DNA of 39,195 nt from Escherichia phage JEP4. Positions within the stretch are counted from its first letter, which is position 1. Each line of letters begins with the position of its first letter. The position numbers were made by a program, and so were the translations under genes. The DNA is taken from the sequence record MT740315.1; one strand, 5' to 3'. A model generated the notes under the pieces. The model was given only the letters and a program-made list of their open reading frames with translations. It ran no database searches and was not told the DNA's origin. Below, one piece after another: positions 1-12,001 of this stretch.

Positions 1-489
1 ATGGCAGCACCAAAGGGCAACCGATTTTGGGAGGCCCGCAGTAGTCATGGGCGAAACCCTAAATTCGAATCGCCTGAGGCGCTGTGGGCTGCTTGTTGTG
101 AATACTTCGAGTGGGTGGAAACTAACCCGCTATGGGAGATGAAGGCGTTCTCGTATCAGGGTGAAGTGATACAAGAGCCTATCGCCAAGATGCGAGCGAT
201 GACCATCACCGGACTCACTCTGTTCATTGATGTGACGCTTGAAACATGGCGCACATATCGCCTGCGAGAAGATTTATCTGAAGTCGTTACGCGAGCAGAG
301 CAGGTCATCTACGACCAGAAATTCTCTGGCGCAGCCGCTGACCTTCTCAACGCTAATATCATCGCCCGTGATTTGGGCCTCAAAGAGCAGTCGCAAGTTG
401 AAGACGTGACACCTGATAAGGGAGATCGCGATAAGCGACGCTCTCGTATCAAGGAGCTATTCAACCGTGGAACTGGACGCGATTCTTGA
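1..489 (+). CDS. Terminase small subunit (P22 gp3-like)
   Basis: 162-aa ORF directly upstream of and overlapping the large terminase ORF; size and position match P22-family TerS. Confidence 0.8.
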   Translation: MAAPKGNRFWEARSSHGRNPKFESPEALWAACCEYFEWVETNPLWEMKAFSYQGEVIQEPIAKMRAMTITGLTLFIDVTLETWRTYRLREDLSEVVTRAEQVIYDQKFSGAAADLLNANIIARDLGLKEQSQVEDVTPDKGDRDKRRSRIKELFNRGTGRDS

Positions 490-1963
490 TAACCTGAGCG
501 ACGAAGAGCAAATCGAATTGCTCGAGCTACTCGAAGAAGAAGAAAACTACCGGAACACACACCTGCTATATGAATTTACGCCATACAGCAAACAGCGTGA
601 GTTCATCGACGCCGGGCATGACTATCCAGAGCGATGTTTTATGGCTGGTAACCAGCTTGGTAAGTCATTTACTGGTGCTGCTGAAGTCGCGTTTCACCTT
701 ACCGGGCGTTATCCGGGCACAAAAGGCTATCCTGCTGATGGTAAATATGGCGGTGAGTGGAAAGGTAAGCGTTTCTATGAGCCTGTTGTCTTCTGGATTG
801 GCGGCGAGACAAACGAGACGGTAACCAAAACGACTCAACGCATCCTGTGCGGTCGTATCGAAGAGAATGACGAGCCAGGCTACGGTTCCATACCGAAAGA
901 AGACATCATTAGCTGGAAGAAGTCTCCTTTCTTTCCGAACCTTGTTGATCACCTTCTGGTTAAGCATCACACGGCTGATGGCGTTGAAGATGGCATTTCA
1001 ATCTGCTACTTCAAACCATACTCGCAAGGCCGTGCTCGCTGGCAGGGTGACACAATCCACGGCGTGTGGTTTGACGAAGAGCCACCATACAGCATTTATG
1101 GCGAAGGTCTTACCCGTACCAACAAATACGGGCAATTCTCAATTCTGACGTTTACCCCGCTGATGGGGATGTCTGACGTTGTTACCAAGTTCCTGAAGAA
1201 TCCCAGCAAGTCGCAGAAAGTGGTCAACATGACCATCTATGACGCTGAGCACTATACCGACGAGCAGAAAGAGCAAATCATCGCATCCTATCCTGAGCAT
1301 GAGAGAGAGGCGCGTACTCGCGGTATTCCTACGATGGGTAGTGGTCGAATCTTCCAGATACCGGAAGAGACGATTAAGTGTCAGCCGTTCGAGTGTCCTG
1401 ATCACTTCTACGTCATCAATGCAATGGACTTCGGATGGGATCACCCACAGGCACATATCCAGCTTTGGTGGGATAAAGACGAGGACGTGATTTATCTTTC
1501 TCGCGTCTGGAAGGCCAAACAGAAGAAGGCGACAGAGGCATGGAGTGCTGTTAAAGCATGGAGCAAAAACACCCCTACGGCTTGGCCTCATGACGGGCAT
1601 CAGCACGAAAAGGGAGGCGGCGCTCAGCTCAAGGAACAATACGCCGACGCTGGGTTCGACATGTTGCCAGATCATGCAACATGGCCTGATGGAGGTAATG
1701 CGGTCGAACCCGGGATAGCAGAGATACGCGACATGATGCTCGACGGTCGTTTCAAGGTATTTAACACCTGCGAGCCATTCTTTGAAGAGTTTCGCCTGTA
1801 TCACCGCGATGAGAACGGGAAGATCGTCAAGCTAAATGACGACATCCTTTCTGCTGTTCGCTATGGCTACATGATGAGGCGTTTTGCAATACAGATGCGA
1901 GACATCAAAGATCCTAAAGAGATTGATTACTCAAGCTACAACATACCTTGCGGAGTTGGATGA
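467..1963 (+). CDS. Terminase large subunit (P22 gp2-like)
   Basis: 498 aa; overlaps TerS end and portal start; size and synteny typical of P22-type TerL. Confidence 0.85.
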   Translation: MELDAILDNLSDEEQIELLELLEEEENYRNTHLLYEFTPYSKQREFIDAGHDYPERCFMAGNQLGKSFTGAAEVAFHLTGRYPGTKGYPADGKYGGEWKGKRFYEPVVFWIGGETNETVTKTTQRILCGRIEENDEPGYGSIPKEDIISWKKSPFFPNLVDHLLVKHHTADGVEDGISICYFKPYSQGRARWQGDTIHGVWFDEEPPYSIYGEGLTRTNKYGQFSILTFTPLMGMSDVVTKFLKNPSKSQKVVNMTIYDAEHYTDEQKEQIIASYPEHEREARTRGIPTMGSGRIFQIPEETIKCQPFECPDHFYVINAMDFGWDHPQAHIQLWWDKDEDVIYLSRVWKAKQKKATEAWSAVKAWSKNTPTAWPHDGHQHEKGGGAQLKEQYADAGFDMLPDHATWPDGGNAVEPGIAEIRDMMLDGRFKVFNTCEPFFEEFRLYHRDENGKIVKLNDDILSAVRYGYMMRRFAIQMRDIKDPKEIDYSSYNIPCGVG

Positions 1964-4164
1964 TGGCTGATGATAGAAAGATGACTGACTGGCATCGCAA
2001 GGTGCTGTGCAACTTTGATAATGCCTGGTCAGCAACGCAGGATATGCGAGAGCAGATTATTGAGGCTCAACGTTTCGTCCGGGTGTCCGGCGCACAGTGG
2101 GAAGGCAGCACAAACGCTGGTTACTCATTTGATGAAGGCAGGTTTGAGCATTATCCGCGCTTTGAACTGAATAAGATTGCCCGTGAATGTGATCGCATCA
2201 TTGGCGAGTATCGACAGAATCGCATCAGCGTTAAATTCAGGCCGAAGGATGACAAGGCATCGGAAGCGTTAGCCGAAAAGATGAACGGCAAATTCCGCGC
2301 TGACTATCAGGAAACATCCGGTGGCGAAGCGTGTGATAACGCATTTGATGATGCTGTAACGGGCGGATTCGGTTGTTTCCGCATGTGTGCCGATTACGAA
2401 GATGAAATGGACCCAAGTAACGAGCAGCGACGCATCAGCCTTCTTCCTGTTTACGACCCAGCGACATGCGTTTTCTTCGATCAGGACAGCAAGCAATATG
2501 ACCGCTCTGATGCTATGTGGGCTATGGAAATGTTCTCCATGACGCCTAAAGCGTTCGAGGCTGAATACCCTGATTCCATCGCGGCAAGCCTTTCTCGTGA
2601 TGACACTGGCACTCAATATGACTGGTCAACGCCAGATGCCATCTATGTTGGTCGCTACTACGAAGTTCGCATAGAGAAGGTGAAGCTCACGGCATGGCGC
2701 AACCCTGTTAGCGGAGAAACGGCAATTTATGATGAAGAGCAAATCAAAGATATTGTCGACGAGCTGACCGATGGTGCATTCGAACTGATTGGCGAGCGAA
2801 CGGTGAAGAAGCGCCGCGTTTATTGCGGTCTTCTGTCTGGCGCTGAATGGCTGGAAGAACCGAAGCGTATTCCGGGCGAACATATTCCTCTCATCCCGGT
2901 ATATGGGCGTCGATCATTTGTTGATAATCAGGAGCGAATCGAAGGTCACGCAGCAAAAGCGATGGATGCACAGCGTCTTGAGAACCTGATGGTTTCCATG
3001 ATTGCAGATAACGCTACTCAGGCTGGCGGTGATGGCATTCCTGTAGTTGATGTTGACATGATTCCTGGTCCTCTCGCCACTCATTGGGCGGAGCGCAACA
3101 AAAAGCGCCCGGCGTTCCTGCCGATGGTCAGTCTGAAAAACAAAAACGGAGATATTACTGCGCAGGCTCAGGTCAGCAGTTATACACCTCCGACACAAAT
3201 GCCTCCTGCTCTTGCCGGGCTATTGCAGTACACCGGAACGGCTATTCAGCAAATTACAGGTGCGTCGCAGCTTGAGAATATGCCGAGCAACGTCGCTACC
3301 GATACCGTTGATAGCATCTTTAACCGGATGGACACGCAGTCCTATATCTACATGGACAACATGGCTAAATCCATGCGCCGCGCTGGCGTCGTGTGGCTTT
3401 CTATGGCGCGTGAAGTCTATGGCAGCGATACGCCAATGCGCATCGTTAATGAGGACGGCAGCGATGACGTGGCGCTGATGACTGGTGAAGTGGTTGACCG
3501 TCAGACAGGGCAGGTTATCGCGCTTAACGACCTTTCGCAGGGTAACTATGAAGTGACTGTCGATGTCGGTCAGTCGTTCGCTACTCGCCGTGATGCAACG
3601 GTTAAGTCGTTACTTTCCATGCTGGCACTTATCCCACCAGGAACGCCGAAGCACGACCTTGTATCGTCGATGATTCTCGACAATATGGACGGCGAAGGGA
3701 TGGACGACCTGAAAGAATACAACCGCAATCAGTTGCTTCTGTCTGGAGTTATCAAGCCGAGAACGCCTGAAGAACAGCAGATGGTTGAACAGGCGAAACA
3801 ACAACAGGCCAGTCAGCCAGATCCGGCTATGGTTGCAGCGCAAGGTCAGCTTCTTGCTGGTCAGGCTGAATTGCAGAAAGCGCAGAACGAACAGGCAGCC
3901 ATTCAGGTTAAAGCATTCCAGGCACAGACTGATGCTCAGGTTGCAGCGGCAAATGTTGTGAAAATCCTCGCATCTGCCGATAGCCAGCAGAAATCTGATA
4001 TCCGCGAGGCTCTGAAACTGCTCGGACAGTTCCAGCAACAGCAAGGAGATAATGCCCGTGCTGATGCAGAGCTTGTCCTGAAAAGTCAGGCACAGGGCCA
4101 TGCGCAGCGCATGGACATCAGCAGCATCCTGCAAAAATCAACTCAGCAACAACCACAGCAGTAA
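1960..4164 (+). CDS. Portal protein (P22 gp1-like)
   Basis: About 735 aa; C-terminal Q/A-rich helical barrel region (PEEQQMVEQAKQQQASQPDPAMVAAQGQLLAGQAELQKAQNEQ) as in P22 portal; ATGA overlap with TerL stop; ORF-track start 1948 is probably an upstream extension. Confidence 0.9.
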   Translation: MMADDRKMTDWHRKVLCNFDNAWSATQDMREQIIEAQRFVRVSGAQWEGSTNAGYSFDEGRFEHYPRFELNKIARECDRIIGEYRQNRISVKFRPKDDKASEALAEKMNGKFRADYQETSGGEACDNAFDDAVTGGFGCFRMCADYEDEMDPSNEQRRISLLPVYDPATCVFFDQDSKQYDRSDAMWAMEMFSMTPKAFEAEYPDSIAASLSRDDTGTQYDWSTPDAIYVGRYYEVRIEKVKLTAWRNPVSGETAIYDEEQIKDIVDELTDGAFELIGERTVKKRRVYCGLLSGAEWLEEPKRIPGEHIPLIPVYGRRSFVDNQERIEGHAAKAMDAQRLENLMVSMIADNATQAGGDGIPVVDVDMIPGPLATHWAERNKKRPAFLPMVSLKNKNGDITAQAQVSSYTPPTQMPPALAGLLQYTGTAIQQITGASQLENMPSNVATDTVDSIFNRMDTQSYIYMDNMAKSMRRAGVVWLSMAREVYGSDTPMRIVNEDGSDDVALMTGEVVDRQTGQVIALNDLSQGNYEVTVDVGQSFATRRDATVKSLLSMLALIPPGTPKHDLVSSMILDNMDGEGMDDLKEYNRNQLLLSGVIKPRTPEEQQMVEQAKQQQASQPDPAMVAAQGQLLAGQAELQKAQNEQAAIQVKAFQAQTDAQVAAANVVKILASADSQQKSDIREALKLLGQFQQQQGDNARADAELVLKSQAQGHAQRMDISSILQKSTQQQPQQ

Positions 4165-4254
4165 TTAACCCATAACGTGCAATGGCTGTCTTTATGAGGC
4201 CTGGCACCCTATTGCCTTCCGATGGGCTGAACATCGAGTAAACAGGGGTAACAA

Positions 4255-5148
4255 ATGGACCAGATGGCAGAAAACACACCAGAAGTTGAAATCGAAACCG
4301 ACGCGTCAGAGCAGATTCCTGATGATGTCGAACTGGCTGAAGAAGTCGAAACAGAAGATGGCAGTGAGTCCTCTGGCAATGATGCAGAGGAAGCTACTGA
4401 AACTGATGACGACGAATCAGAACAGGAATTCTACTTTGGTGACGAAAAGCTGGATTCGCCAACCAGCGAAGATAGCGCAGAGCATGGACTGGTAAAACAC
4501 CTGCGCAAGACGATTAAAGAGAAAGACCGCGAGCTGAAAGAGCTGATGCGTCAGTCTCAGAAACCCGTCGAGCAGCAGCCGGTAATCACTCAACCACCGC
4601 GAATGCCAAAACTGGATGATGAGGACATCGGTTTCGATGAAGAAATCTATCAGCAACGCATGGCTAAGTGGGCAGAGGATAACGGAAAGTACCAGCAACA
4701 GGAGATGGCTCGCAAGCAGAAGGAGCAGGAGCTTCAGGCTACCTATCAAGAGCGATTATCCAAATATCAGCAACGTGTTAAGGCTCTCAAGGTTCCTGGC
4801 TATCAGGAAGCAGAACAGGCCGTACTCGAGGAAATCCCCATCGAGACACAAAACGCGATCCTGTTTGAGTCAGAGAAGCCGGAAATCGTTGTTCTGGCGC
4901 TCGGTCGCAACGCTGAACTGCGCAAGCAACTGGCAGAAGCTACCAACCCCGTAGCAATTGGTCGTCTGCTGGAACGTATCGAATCGAAGGCCAGAATCAT
5001 GCCAAAAGCAAAAACCACGGCAGCCACAACCCCGACAGTTAAGGGGAGCAACGGCGCAGTAATCAACAACCTCGACAAATTGAAAGCCAAGGCGCTGGAA
5101 ACTGGTGACTGGACGCCGTATTTCGCCGCTAAAAAGGCAAAAAAATAA
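4255..5148 (+). CDS. Scaffolding protein (P22 gp8-like)
   Basis: 297 aa, highly acidic N-terminus, coiled-coil-like charged repeats, located between portal and coat. Confidence 0.7.
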   Translation: MDQMAENTPEVEIETDASEQIPDDVELAEEVETEDGSESSGNDAEEATETDDDESEQEFYFGDEKLDSPTSEDSAEHGLVKHLRKTIKEKDRELKELMRQSQKPVEQQPVITQPPRMPKLDDEDIGFDEEIYQQRMAKWAEDNGKYQQQEMARKQKEQELQATYQERLSKYQQRVKALKVPGYQEAEQAVLEEIPIETQNAILFESEKPEIVVLALGRNAELRKQLAEATNPVAIGRLLERIESKARIMPKAKTTAATTPTVKGSNGAVINNLDKLKAKALETGDWTPYFAAKKAKK

Positions 5149-5166
5149 CCTATCGGAGCATTAAGC

Positions 5167-6420
5167 ATGGCTAACCAATTAGCAAAAGACCTTGAAATCA
5201 TGTTCGAAAACTACGTTGAAGGCTTTGAGGCCGCCTGCGTAGTTTCCCGTAACGCTAAAAAATTCCGTCCCGGTGATACAGCAATGCAGCGAGCAGGTGA
5301 TGTTCTGTATCGTCCGCAGCATTACCACATGAACATTGAGGAAGGCCTAGACCTCAGCGGCAAAACGCCAACAGCACTGGTTCAGCGCCTTGTTCCTTCT
5401 GTGTTCAAGGAGCCGAAAAACATTCTGTACACTCTGGATGCGCGTGAAATGCGTGACCCGGAACATAAAACTGAAGCTGGTCGCGCCGCAGGTATGCGCC
5501 TTGCTGCACAGATTGACTCTGACCTGATTTCCATGGTCACGCAGCGTGCTACTAACGTGATCACAATGGCTGACTCAACCACTGGTTCACAGGGCCGTGA
5601 TTTGTGGAACTGTGCGGCAGGTATTGATGCCACCATGACGTCGATTGGTGTACCACAGGGTATCAACCGCCGCTCTTTCTGGAACCCCTTCAACTACAAA
5701 GACCTTGCTGGCGAGCTTGGCCACCGTGCCTATGCTCAGGGCGCAACCCTGACAGCATACGAAAAAGCGCAGATCCCTCCGGTTGCGTCCTTCGATAGCT
5801 ACAAGACGGATATTTCTGGTCGTGTTCCGAAGGGTACAGCAACTTCCCTGACGCTGGCGGCTGAACCTGCGCACAAGGTTGAAGCGAAAGATGCCAACGA
5901 TATGCCAGTGGATAACCGACAGGGGACTATTACGGTATCTGCATCTGGGTTGCAGGTTGGCGATGCGTTCACCATTGCTGGCGTGAATTCTGTACACCAG
6001 ATCACCAAAGACACCACCGGGCAGCCGCAGGTATTCCGCGTTCTGGCAGTAAGCGGAACGACAGTAACTATCTCCCCGAAAATTCTGCCGCCTGACAACT
6101 CGGATGTCGCCAGCCGTCCATATGCAAACGTTGATGCTAATGCGGCAAGTAGCGCAGCAATCACCATTCTCAACAAAAATGCCGCACCGGCTAACCTGTT
6201 CTGGGCTGATGGTTCTGTTGAACTGATGTACGGCAAACTGGCGTTCCCAACTGGTCAGGGTCCACAGGTAATGACAGCAACCACCGAGCAGGGCGCTACG
6301 CTGATCATGTCTTACGCCTTCGACCACATCAAAGGCGTAACCACTGCTCGTTTCACCACTCTGTACGGTTGCTCTGTACTTGTTCCTGAATATACGGGCA
6401 TCGTTATTGCCGGGCAGTAA
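5167..6420 (+). CDS. Major capsid (coat) protein
   Basis: 417 aa ORF immediately after scaffold, followed by a strong terminator; size and position of P22-family coat; differs from my recollection of P22 gp5 itself. Confidence 0.85.
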   Translation: MANQLAKDLEIMFENYVEGFEAACVVSRNAKKFRPGDTAMQRAGDVLYRPQHYHMNIEEGLDLSGKTPTALVQRLVPSVFKEPKNILYTLDAREMRDPEHKTEAGRAAGMRLAAQIDSDLISMVTQRATNVITMADSTTGSQGRDLWNCAAGIDATMTSIGVPQGINRRSFWNPFNYKDLAGELGHRAYAQGATLTAYEKAQIPPVASFDSYKTDISGRVPKGTATSLTLAAEPAHKVEAKDANDMPVDNRQGTITVSASGLQVGDAFTIAGVNSVHQITKDTTGQPQVFRVLAVSGTTVTISPKILPPDNSDVASRPYANVDANAASSAAITILNKNAAPANLFWADGSVELMYGKLAFPTGQGPQVMTATTEQGATLIMSYAFDHIKGVTTARFTTLYGCSVLVPEYTGIVIAGQ

Positions 6421-6427
6421 TTTTGGT

Positions 6428-6450
6428 GGGGCTTCGGCCCCATTTTTATT
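6428..6450 (+). terminator. Rho-independent terminator after coat gene
   Basis: GGGGC-ttcg-GCCCC hairpin followed by ATTTTTATT. Confidence 0.7.
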
Positions 6451-6461
6451 GGGAGAAGACA

Positions 6462-6650
6462 ATGGCACGAACAATGCTCTATAAGCCTGGCAACATGATC
6501 ACCTGTGGTCAGTTTGCTGTCGATTACATCATTGTTGATGACGAAGAAGTTAAATCTCACCTGAAAAAAGGTTGGGTAAAAACTCCTGAAGAAACCGCAA
6601 CGAAGCAAAAAGTGGCTAAGGCGGAAGAAGATGGCGAAAACGAAGGGTGA
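6462..6650 (+). CDS. Hypothetical small protein (62 aa) between coat and head-completion gene
   Basis: ATG at 6462 preceded by GGGAGAAG Shine-Dalgarno; ORF-track start 6423 lies inside the terminator hairpin. Confidence 0.5.
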   Translation: MARTMLYKPGNMITCGQFAVDYIIVDDEEVKSHLKKGWVKTPEETATKQKVAKAEEDGENEG

Positions 6651-7092
6651 TCTCGTTCTAAAGGCTTTACGAAAAGCCGGGCTGTATTCCAATGCCACGT
6701 TGACAGATGCCGACCCTCAGGCAATTGAAGATGCCATTAATGACCTCGAAGACATGATGGCAGCATGGCAGGCGAAAGGTATCGAGCTTGGATATCAGTT
6801 TGCTGATACAGAAAACGGCATCATGCCGTTACCTGACGATGATTCAGGTATCCCTGCATGGGCAAATGATGGCGTCGCTTTGAAACTCGCTGTGCAAGTG
6901 TGCATGGATAACGTCATTCAGCCGTCGGATGCTCTCCTTACCGCTGCTGACAGCGCATATCAGACAATCTGCATCGCTTTAACCAAAATACCACCACTTG
7001 AGCGGCGAAATGACATGCCTCGCGGTAGTGGTAACAAAAGCGCGTTTACGTGGAATCGGTTTTACATCGAGAAAGATGAACCGAGTACGTGA
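6631..7092 (+). CDS. Head completion / portal-binding protein (P22 gp4-like)
   Basis: 153 aa; assigned by conserved P22 gene order 5-4-10-26-14-7-20-16. Confidence 0.6.
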   Translation: MAKTKGDLVLKALRKAGLYSNATLTDADPQAIEDAINDLEDMMAAWQAKGIELGYQFADTENGIMPLPDDDSGIPAWANDGVALKLAVQVCMDNVIQPSDALLTAADSAYQTICIALTKIPPLERRNDMPRGSGNKSAFTWNRFYIEKDEPST

Positions 7093-7101
7093 GGTGAATA
7101 A

Positions 7102-8520
7102 ATGCCGATTCAGCAACTTCCGCTTATGAAAGGTGTCGGCAAAGACTTTCGAAACGCCGACTATATCGACTATCTGCCAGTGAATATGCTGGCTACACCC
7201 AAAGAAATACTCAACAGCAGCGGATATCTTCGCTCATTCCCGGGCATTGCCAAACGTTCTGATGTGAACGGCGTATCGCGCGGAGTCGAGTACAACATGG
7301 CGCAGAATGCTGTCTATCGTGTGTGTGGCGGCAAGCTCTACAAAGGCGAAAGCGAAGTCGGTGATGTTGCCGGAAGTGGTCGCGTATCAATGGCACACGG
7401 TAGGACATCACAGGCAGTAGGTGTTAATGGTCAACTGGTCGAGTATCGCTATGATGGCACGGTTAAAACCGTCTCAAACTGGCCTGCAGACAGCGGATTT
7501 ACGCAGTATGAGTTAGGTTCAGTCCGCGACATTACACGCTTACGTGGGCGTTATGCGTGGTCAAAAGACGGTACTGATTCATGGTTTATCACTGACCTTG
7601 AAGACGAATCACATCCTGACCGATACAGCGCACAATACCGCGCAGAATCACAGCCTGACGGCATCATCGGCATAGGTACATGGCGAGACTTCATCGTCTG
7701 CTTTGGTTCATCGACAATTGAATATTTCTCCCTGACTGGTGCAACCACCGTTGGTGCCGCTTTGTATGTCGCACAGCCATCGCTGATGGTGCAGAAAGGT
7801 ATTGCCGGGACTTACTGCAAAACGCCATTCGCTGATTCTTATGCGTTCATCAGCAATCCGGCAACAGGTGCGCCGTCTGTATACATCATCGGCTCCGGTC
7901 AGGTGTCACCAATCGCCAGCGCGAGCATTGAGAAAATTCTCCGCTCCTACACTGCTGATGAACTGGCTGATGGTGTGATGGAGTCTCTGCGATTTGATGC
8001 GCATGAGCTGCTGATTATCCACCTTCCGCGCCATGTTCTGGTGTACGACGCATCTTCAAGCGCCAATGGTCCGCAATGGTGTGTACTGAAAACAGGCCTG
8101 TATGACGATGTGTACCGCGCTATCGACTTCATTTACGAAGGCAATCAGATAACGTGCGGCGATAAGCTGGAGTCCGTGACCGGGAAATTGCAATTCGATA
8201 TCAGCAGCCAGTACGACAAGCAACAGGAACACCTGCTGTTTACTCCGTTGTTCAAAGCGGATAACGCCAGAGTTTTCGACCTTGAAGTTGAATCGTCAAC
8301 TGGAGTTGCGCAGTATGCTGACCGCCTTTTTCTCTCTGCAACCACTGACGGCATCAATTACGGGCGTGAGCAGATGATTGAGCAGAATGAACCGTTCGTT
8401 TACGACAAACGCGTTTTGTGGAAGCGGGTCGGACGCATCAGGAAAAATGTCGGCTTCAAATTGCGTGTTATCACTAAGTCACCTGTCACTCTGTCTGGCT
8501 GCCAGATAAGGATTGAGTAA
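7102..8520 (+). CDS. Tail hub protein (P22 gp10-like)
   Basis: 472 aa, same length as P22 gp10; synteny. Confidence 0.65.
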   Translation: MPIQQLPLMKGVGKDFRNADYIDYLPVNMLATPKEILNSSGYLRSFPGIAKRSDVNGVSRGVEYNMAQNAVYRVCGGKLYKGESEVGDVAGSGRVSMAHGRTSQAVGVNGQLVEYRYDGTVKTVSNWPADSGFTQYELGSVRDITRLRGRYAWSKDGTDSWFITDLEDESHPDRYSAQYRAESQPDGIIGIGTWRDFIVCFGSSTIEYFSLTGATTVGAALYVAQPSLMVQKGIAGTYCKTPFADSYAFISNPATGAPSVYIIGSGQVSPIASASIEKILRSYTADELADGVMESLRFDAHELLIIHLPRHVLVYDASSSANGPQWCVLKTGLYDDVYRAIDFIYEGNQITCGDKLESVTGKLQFDISSQYDKQQEHLLFTPLFKADNARVFDLEVESSTGVAQYADRLFLSATTDGINYGREQMIEQNEPFVYDKRVLWKRVGRIRKNVGFKLRVITKSPVTLSGCQIRIE

Positions 8521-9473
8521 TGGCTGATTCGAATCTCAATGAGCCAGTAATCATCCAGGCTACGCGGCTCGATACATCAGTTCTTCCACGCAATATCTTC
8601 TCGCAGTCGTATCTGCTTTACGTTATCGCACAGGGCACTGATGTTGGTAACGTGGCGAATAAGGCCAACGAAGCAGGGAAGGGGGCTTATGATGCACAGG
8701 TGAAGAATGATGAGCAGGATGTCACCCTTGCAGACCATGAATCCAGAATTGAAGCTGCTGAAGCAACTCTCATCAATCATGAACATAGAATTGCAGCAGC
8801 GGAAAGCACTCTTGCAGATCATGAAACAAGGATTACGGCTGCTGAAACAGAGCTGGCTGATCACGAGACGCGAATTGCTGCCAATGAATCTGAGTTAGCA
8901 AACCATGATGCGCGCATAACTCAGAATACAACCGATATCGACGCACTTGATACCAGGCTCACAACGGCAGAAGGAAGTATTTCGACGCTACAAAGCACAG
9001 TTGGTGATCACTCAACAAGAATATCTGCGCTTGAGTATGCCACCACGCGCAAGAAATCAGAGGTTGTTTACTCAGGAGTATCTGTAACCATCCCGACAGC
9101 GCCGACCAACCTTGTTAGTCTGCTGAAAACGCTCACGCCGTCATCCGGCACATTGGCACCATTCTTCGACACCGTTAACAACAAGATGGTTGTGTTCAAC
9201 GAGAACAAAACCCTGTTCTTCAAACTGTCGATCGTCGGGACGTGGCCCAGCGGAACCGCAAACAGGTCAATGCAGCTAACCTTTTCCGGTTCTGTTCCTG
9301 ACACACTGGTAAGCAGTCGTAACTCGGCGACAACAACCGATAACATCCTGTTAGCTACGTTCTTCAGCGTGGATAAAGATGGCTTTCTTGCCTCAAATGG
9401 CAGTACGTTAACCATCCAGTCAAATGGTGCGGCGTTTACTGCCACAACCATCAAGATAATCGCGGAGCAGTGA
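8520..9473 (+). CDS. Tail needle protein (gp26-like) with C-terminal knob extension
   Basis: 317 aa; long heptad coiled coil with repeated ADHETRI motifs; extra C-terminal domain beyond P22 gp26 length; TAATG overlap with upstream gene. Confidence 0.8.
   Translation: MADSNLNEPVIIQATRLDTSVLPRNIFSQSYLLYVIAQGTDVGNVANKANEAGKGAYDAQVKNDEQDVTLADHESRIEAAEATLINHEHRIAAAESTLADHETRITAAETELADHETRIAANESELANHDARITQNTTDIDALDTRLTTAEGSISTLQSTVGDHSTRISALEYATTRKKSEVVYSGVSVTIPTAPTNLVSLLKTLTPSSGTLAPFFDTVNNKMVVFNENKTLFFKLSIVGTWPSGTANRSMQLTFSGSVPDTLVSSRNSATTTDNILLATFFSVDKDGFLASNGSTLTIQSNGAAFTATTIKIIAEQ
8724..8933 (+). repeat. Five imperfect tandem 42-bp (14-codon) repeats inside tail needle gene
   Basis: Protein repeats [14 protein letters not shown] / [14 protein letters not shown] / [14 protein letters not shown] / [14 protein letters not shown] / [14 protein letters not shown]. 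Confidence 0.7.
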
Positions 9474-9928
9474 TGATTCAGTTCAAACCAACGCGAAACA
9501 TCGACCTGATCGAAGCAGTAGGAAATCACCCTGACATTATCGCTGGTAGCAACAACGGTGATGGATACGACTACAAGCCTGAATGCCGTTACTTTGAGGT
9601 TAACGTGCACGGTCAGTTTGGCGGCATTGTTTACTATCAGGAGATTCAGCCGCTGACCTTTGATTGCCACGCCATGTACCTGCCAGAGATTCGCGGATTC
9701 AGCAAGGAAATAGGGCTGGCGTTCTGGCGATACATTTTGACCAACACCACCGTTCAGTGCGTCACATCGTTCGCTGCGCGCAAATTCCGCCACGGGCAGA
9801 TGTACTGCGCAATGATTGGCCTTAATCGTGTAGGAACCATCAAGAAATACTTCAAAGGCGTGGATGACGTAACTTTTTACAGCGCCACACGCGAAGAACT
9901 AATCGACTTCCTGAATCACGGGAGATAG
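9470..9928 (+). CDS. gp14-like head/ejection-associated protein
   Basis: 152 aa; assigned only by position between needle and ejection genes. Confidence 0.5.
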   Translation: MMIQFKPTRNIDLIEAVGNHPDIIAGSNNGDGYDYKPECRYFEVNVHGQFGGIVYYQEIQPLTFDCHAMYLPEIRGFSKEIGLAFWRYILTNTTVQCVTSFAARKFRHGQMYCAMIGLNRVGTIKKYFKGVDDVTFYSATREELIDFLNHGR

Positions 9929-9930
9929 CC

Positions 9931-10626
9931 ATGTTATATGCATTTAAGCTGGGCAGAAAACTGCGCGGCGAGGAACCTTATTGCCCTGAAAAAGGCGGGA
10001 AAGGTGGCAGTTCTGATAAAAGCGCAAAGTATGCCGCAGAAGCCCAGAAGTATGCCGCAGACCTGCAAAATCAGCAGTTCAACACCATCATGAACAACCT
10101 GAAGCCGTTTACTCCTCTGGCTGATAAGTATGTCGGCAGCCTCGAAAACTTATCGTCTCTGGAAGGGCAAGGTCAGGCACTTAACCAGTATTACAACTCT
10201 CAGCAGTACAAAGATCTTGCTGGTCAGGCTCGCTATCAGAGTCTGGCGGCAGCGGAAGCAACAGGTGGATTGGGTTCCACTGCAACCGGTAATCAGTTAG
10301 CAACAATCGCACCAACGCTTGGTCAGCAATGGCTATCTGGTCAGATGAACAACTACCAGAATCTGGCAAATATTGGTCTTGGCGCTCTTCAGGGGCAGGC
10401 AAACGCCGGGCAAACATATGCCAACAACATGAGCCAGATTTCACAGCAAAGCGCGGCACTGGCGGCGGCAAACGCTAATAGACCTTCCGGCCTTCAATCT
10501 GCAATAGGCGGGGCTGCCTCTGGAGCAATTGCTGGAGCACAGCTTGGCAGCATTGTTCCCGGTATTGGTACTGGTATTGGTGCCGCTGTTGGCGGCGGTC
10601 TTGGTCTTCTTGGTTCACTGTTTTAA
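9931..10626 (+). CDS. Ejection (internal virion) protein, gp7-like
   Basis: 231 aa; Gly/Ala-rich hydrophobic C-terminus; synteny with P22 gp7 (229 aa). Confidence 0.6.
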   Translation: MLYAFKLGRKLRGEEPYCPEKGGKGGSSDKSAKYAAEAQKYAADLQNQQFNTIMNNLKPFTPLADKYVGSLENLSSLEGQGQALNQYYNSQQYKDLAGQARYQSLAAAEATGGLGSTATGNQLATIAPTLGQQWLSGQMNNYQNLANIGLGALQGQANAGQTYANNMSQISQQSAALAAANANRPSGLQSAIGGAASGAIAGAQLGSIVPGIGTGIGAAVGGGLGLLGSLF

Positions 10627-10636
10627 GGGTTAATCA

Positions 10637-12001
10637 ATGGCTACGTGGCAACAGGGTATTAATTCTGGTGGTTTTCTGGCTGGCATTGGTGCGCAAAATG
10701 AGAATGCACCAAAAGCAAGCGACATTAACGCAACGCTTGGTCTGATCCGCGAAAACAATGAATTGGCTCGCTCAGGTGCAAATAACGTTGGTCTGACCGC
10801 GTTACGTGGTCTGGCTGGAGTTGCTGATATTTATAAGCAGGAACAGCAACAGAAAGCGATTAATGCGTTCAATAAGGTTCACGCTGATGCATGGGCTTCT
10901 GGTGATCCATCGGGACTATTTAAGTTTGCCAAGGAAAATCCAGCGTTTGTTGCGCAGGCACAACAGGCGTTTTCCGGTCTTAATGAGCAGCAACGCAACG
11001 ATATGGGCGATTTAGCCATGAGGGCTAACGTCGCTCTTTCTCAGGGACCAGAAGCCTACAGTAAATTCATTACTGATAACAAGGACAGGTTAAATCGCGT
11101 GGGGGCGAATGCTGACTGGATGATTCAGACAGGTATTCAGAATCCAGAGCAGCTATCACACATGCTGACTACTATGTCTCTCGGTGCACTTGGGCCAGAA
11201 AAGGCGTTTGCTGTTCAGGACAAGATAGCTGGTCGTGAGATTGACCGAGGCAGACTGGCAGAGACAATCCGCAGCAATAAGGCTGGAGAGGCGCTAACAG
11301 CACGCGGTCAGAATATCACGATGCGCGGTCAGGATTTATCGATGCAGAGAGCATCAATGAAAGGGTCGGTTGGGAATAATGAGCGTACAGTTCAGTTAGC
11401 AGATGGCAGAACTGTAACGGTAGGCGGGAAGCTTCACGGCGCTGGGGCTAATGCGTTCTACGAAGGTATCGACAACGAGGGGAATATGGTTCGCGTTCCT
11501 GCTGGCTCTATTGCCGCTCCGGCTACATCGGCAGCAAGCGCGCAGAATTACGCAATGAAGAAAGATCTTGATGCAATTTCTGGTGCATCAATTGACGATC
11601 TTGGCTTCATGACTGGCATTACAGGCTCTTCAGGTTCTCCTGCTCTTGGTGCAGATATTCGTAGCCGTGCATCTGGTGGTGATCAGAGGAAACTATACAA
11701 CGCTGCACAGCGAATCCAAGGAAAGATGCAGAATCAGGGCATTGCAGCAGCCAGAGACATGGGGGCATCCGGTATCAACACCGTTGCAGAAGCAAAGATG
11801 TATTTTCAAGGTATGCCACAGGTTGATTTCTCAAGCCCTGAAGCACTGCAACAATCAATGCGCGACATTCAGCAATATACCGACAATTACAACCAACAAT
11901 ATAACGTTAATGTTGGTAAATCTCAGCGGCAGCAATCTCAACCTACACAGGTATCACAGCCAGCAGCCGGCAGTAACTTTTCTTCACTATGGGGTGATTA
12001 A
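10637..12001 (+). CDS. Ejection protein, gp20-like
   Basis: 454 aa; synteny. Confidence 0.6.
   Translation: MATWQQGINSGGFLAGIGAQNENAPKASDINATLGLIRENNELARSGANNVGLTALRGLAGVADIYKQEQQQKAINAFNKVHADAWASGDPSGLFKFAKENPAFVAQAQQAFSGLNEQQRNDMGDLAMRANVALSQGPEAYSKFITDNKDRLNRVGANADWMIQTGIQNPEQLSHMLTTMSLGALGPEKAFAVQDKIAGREIDRGRLAETIRSNKAGEALTARGQNITMRGQDLSMQRASMKGSVGNNERTVQLADGRTVTVGGKLHGAGANAFYEGIDNEGNMVRVPAGSIAAPATSAASAQNYAMKKDLDAISGASIDDLGFMTGITGSSGSPALGADIRSRASGGDQRKLYNAAQRIQGKMQNQGIAAARDMGASGINTVAEAKMYFQGMPQVDFSSPEALQQSMRDIQQYTDNYNQQYNVNVGKSQRQQSQPTQVSQPAAGSNFSSLWGD

Noticed and set aside
1139-1804. 221-aa minus-strand ORF inside the large terminase gene
   Set aside because: Antisense to the terminase ORF, which is continuous and syntenic; no support for an overlapping gene.
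3610-4134. 174-aa minus-strand ORF inside portal gene
   Set aside because: Antisense to the Q/A-rich portal barrel region; frame opened by repetitive GC-rich codons.
5587-6474. 295-aa minus-strand ORF (and nested 145-aa ORF 5799-6236)
   Set aside because: Antisense to the coat gene and runs through the coat terminator; coat assignment on the plus strand is far better supported.
9068-9793. 241-aa ORF on the minus strand spanning the tail needle / gp14-like genes
   Set aside because: Entirely antisense to two syntenic structural genes in a tightly packed operon; no independent start context; most likely a non-coding frame.
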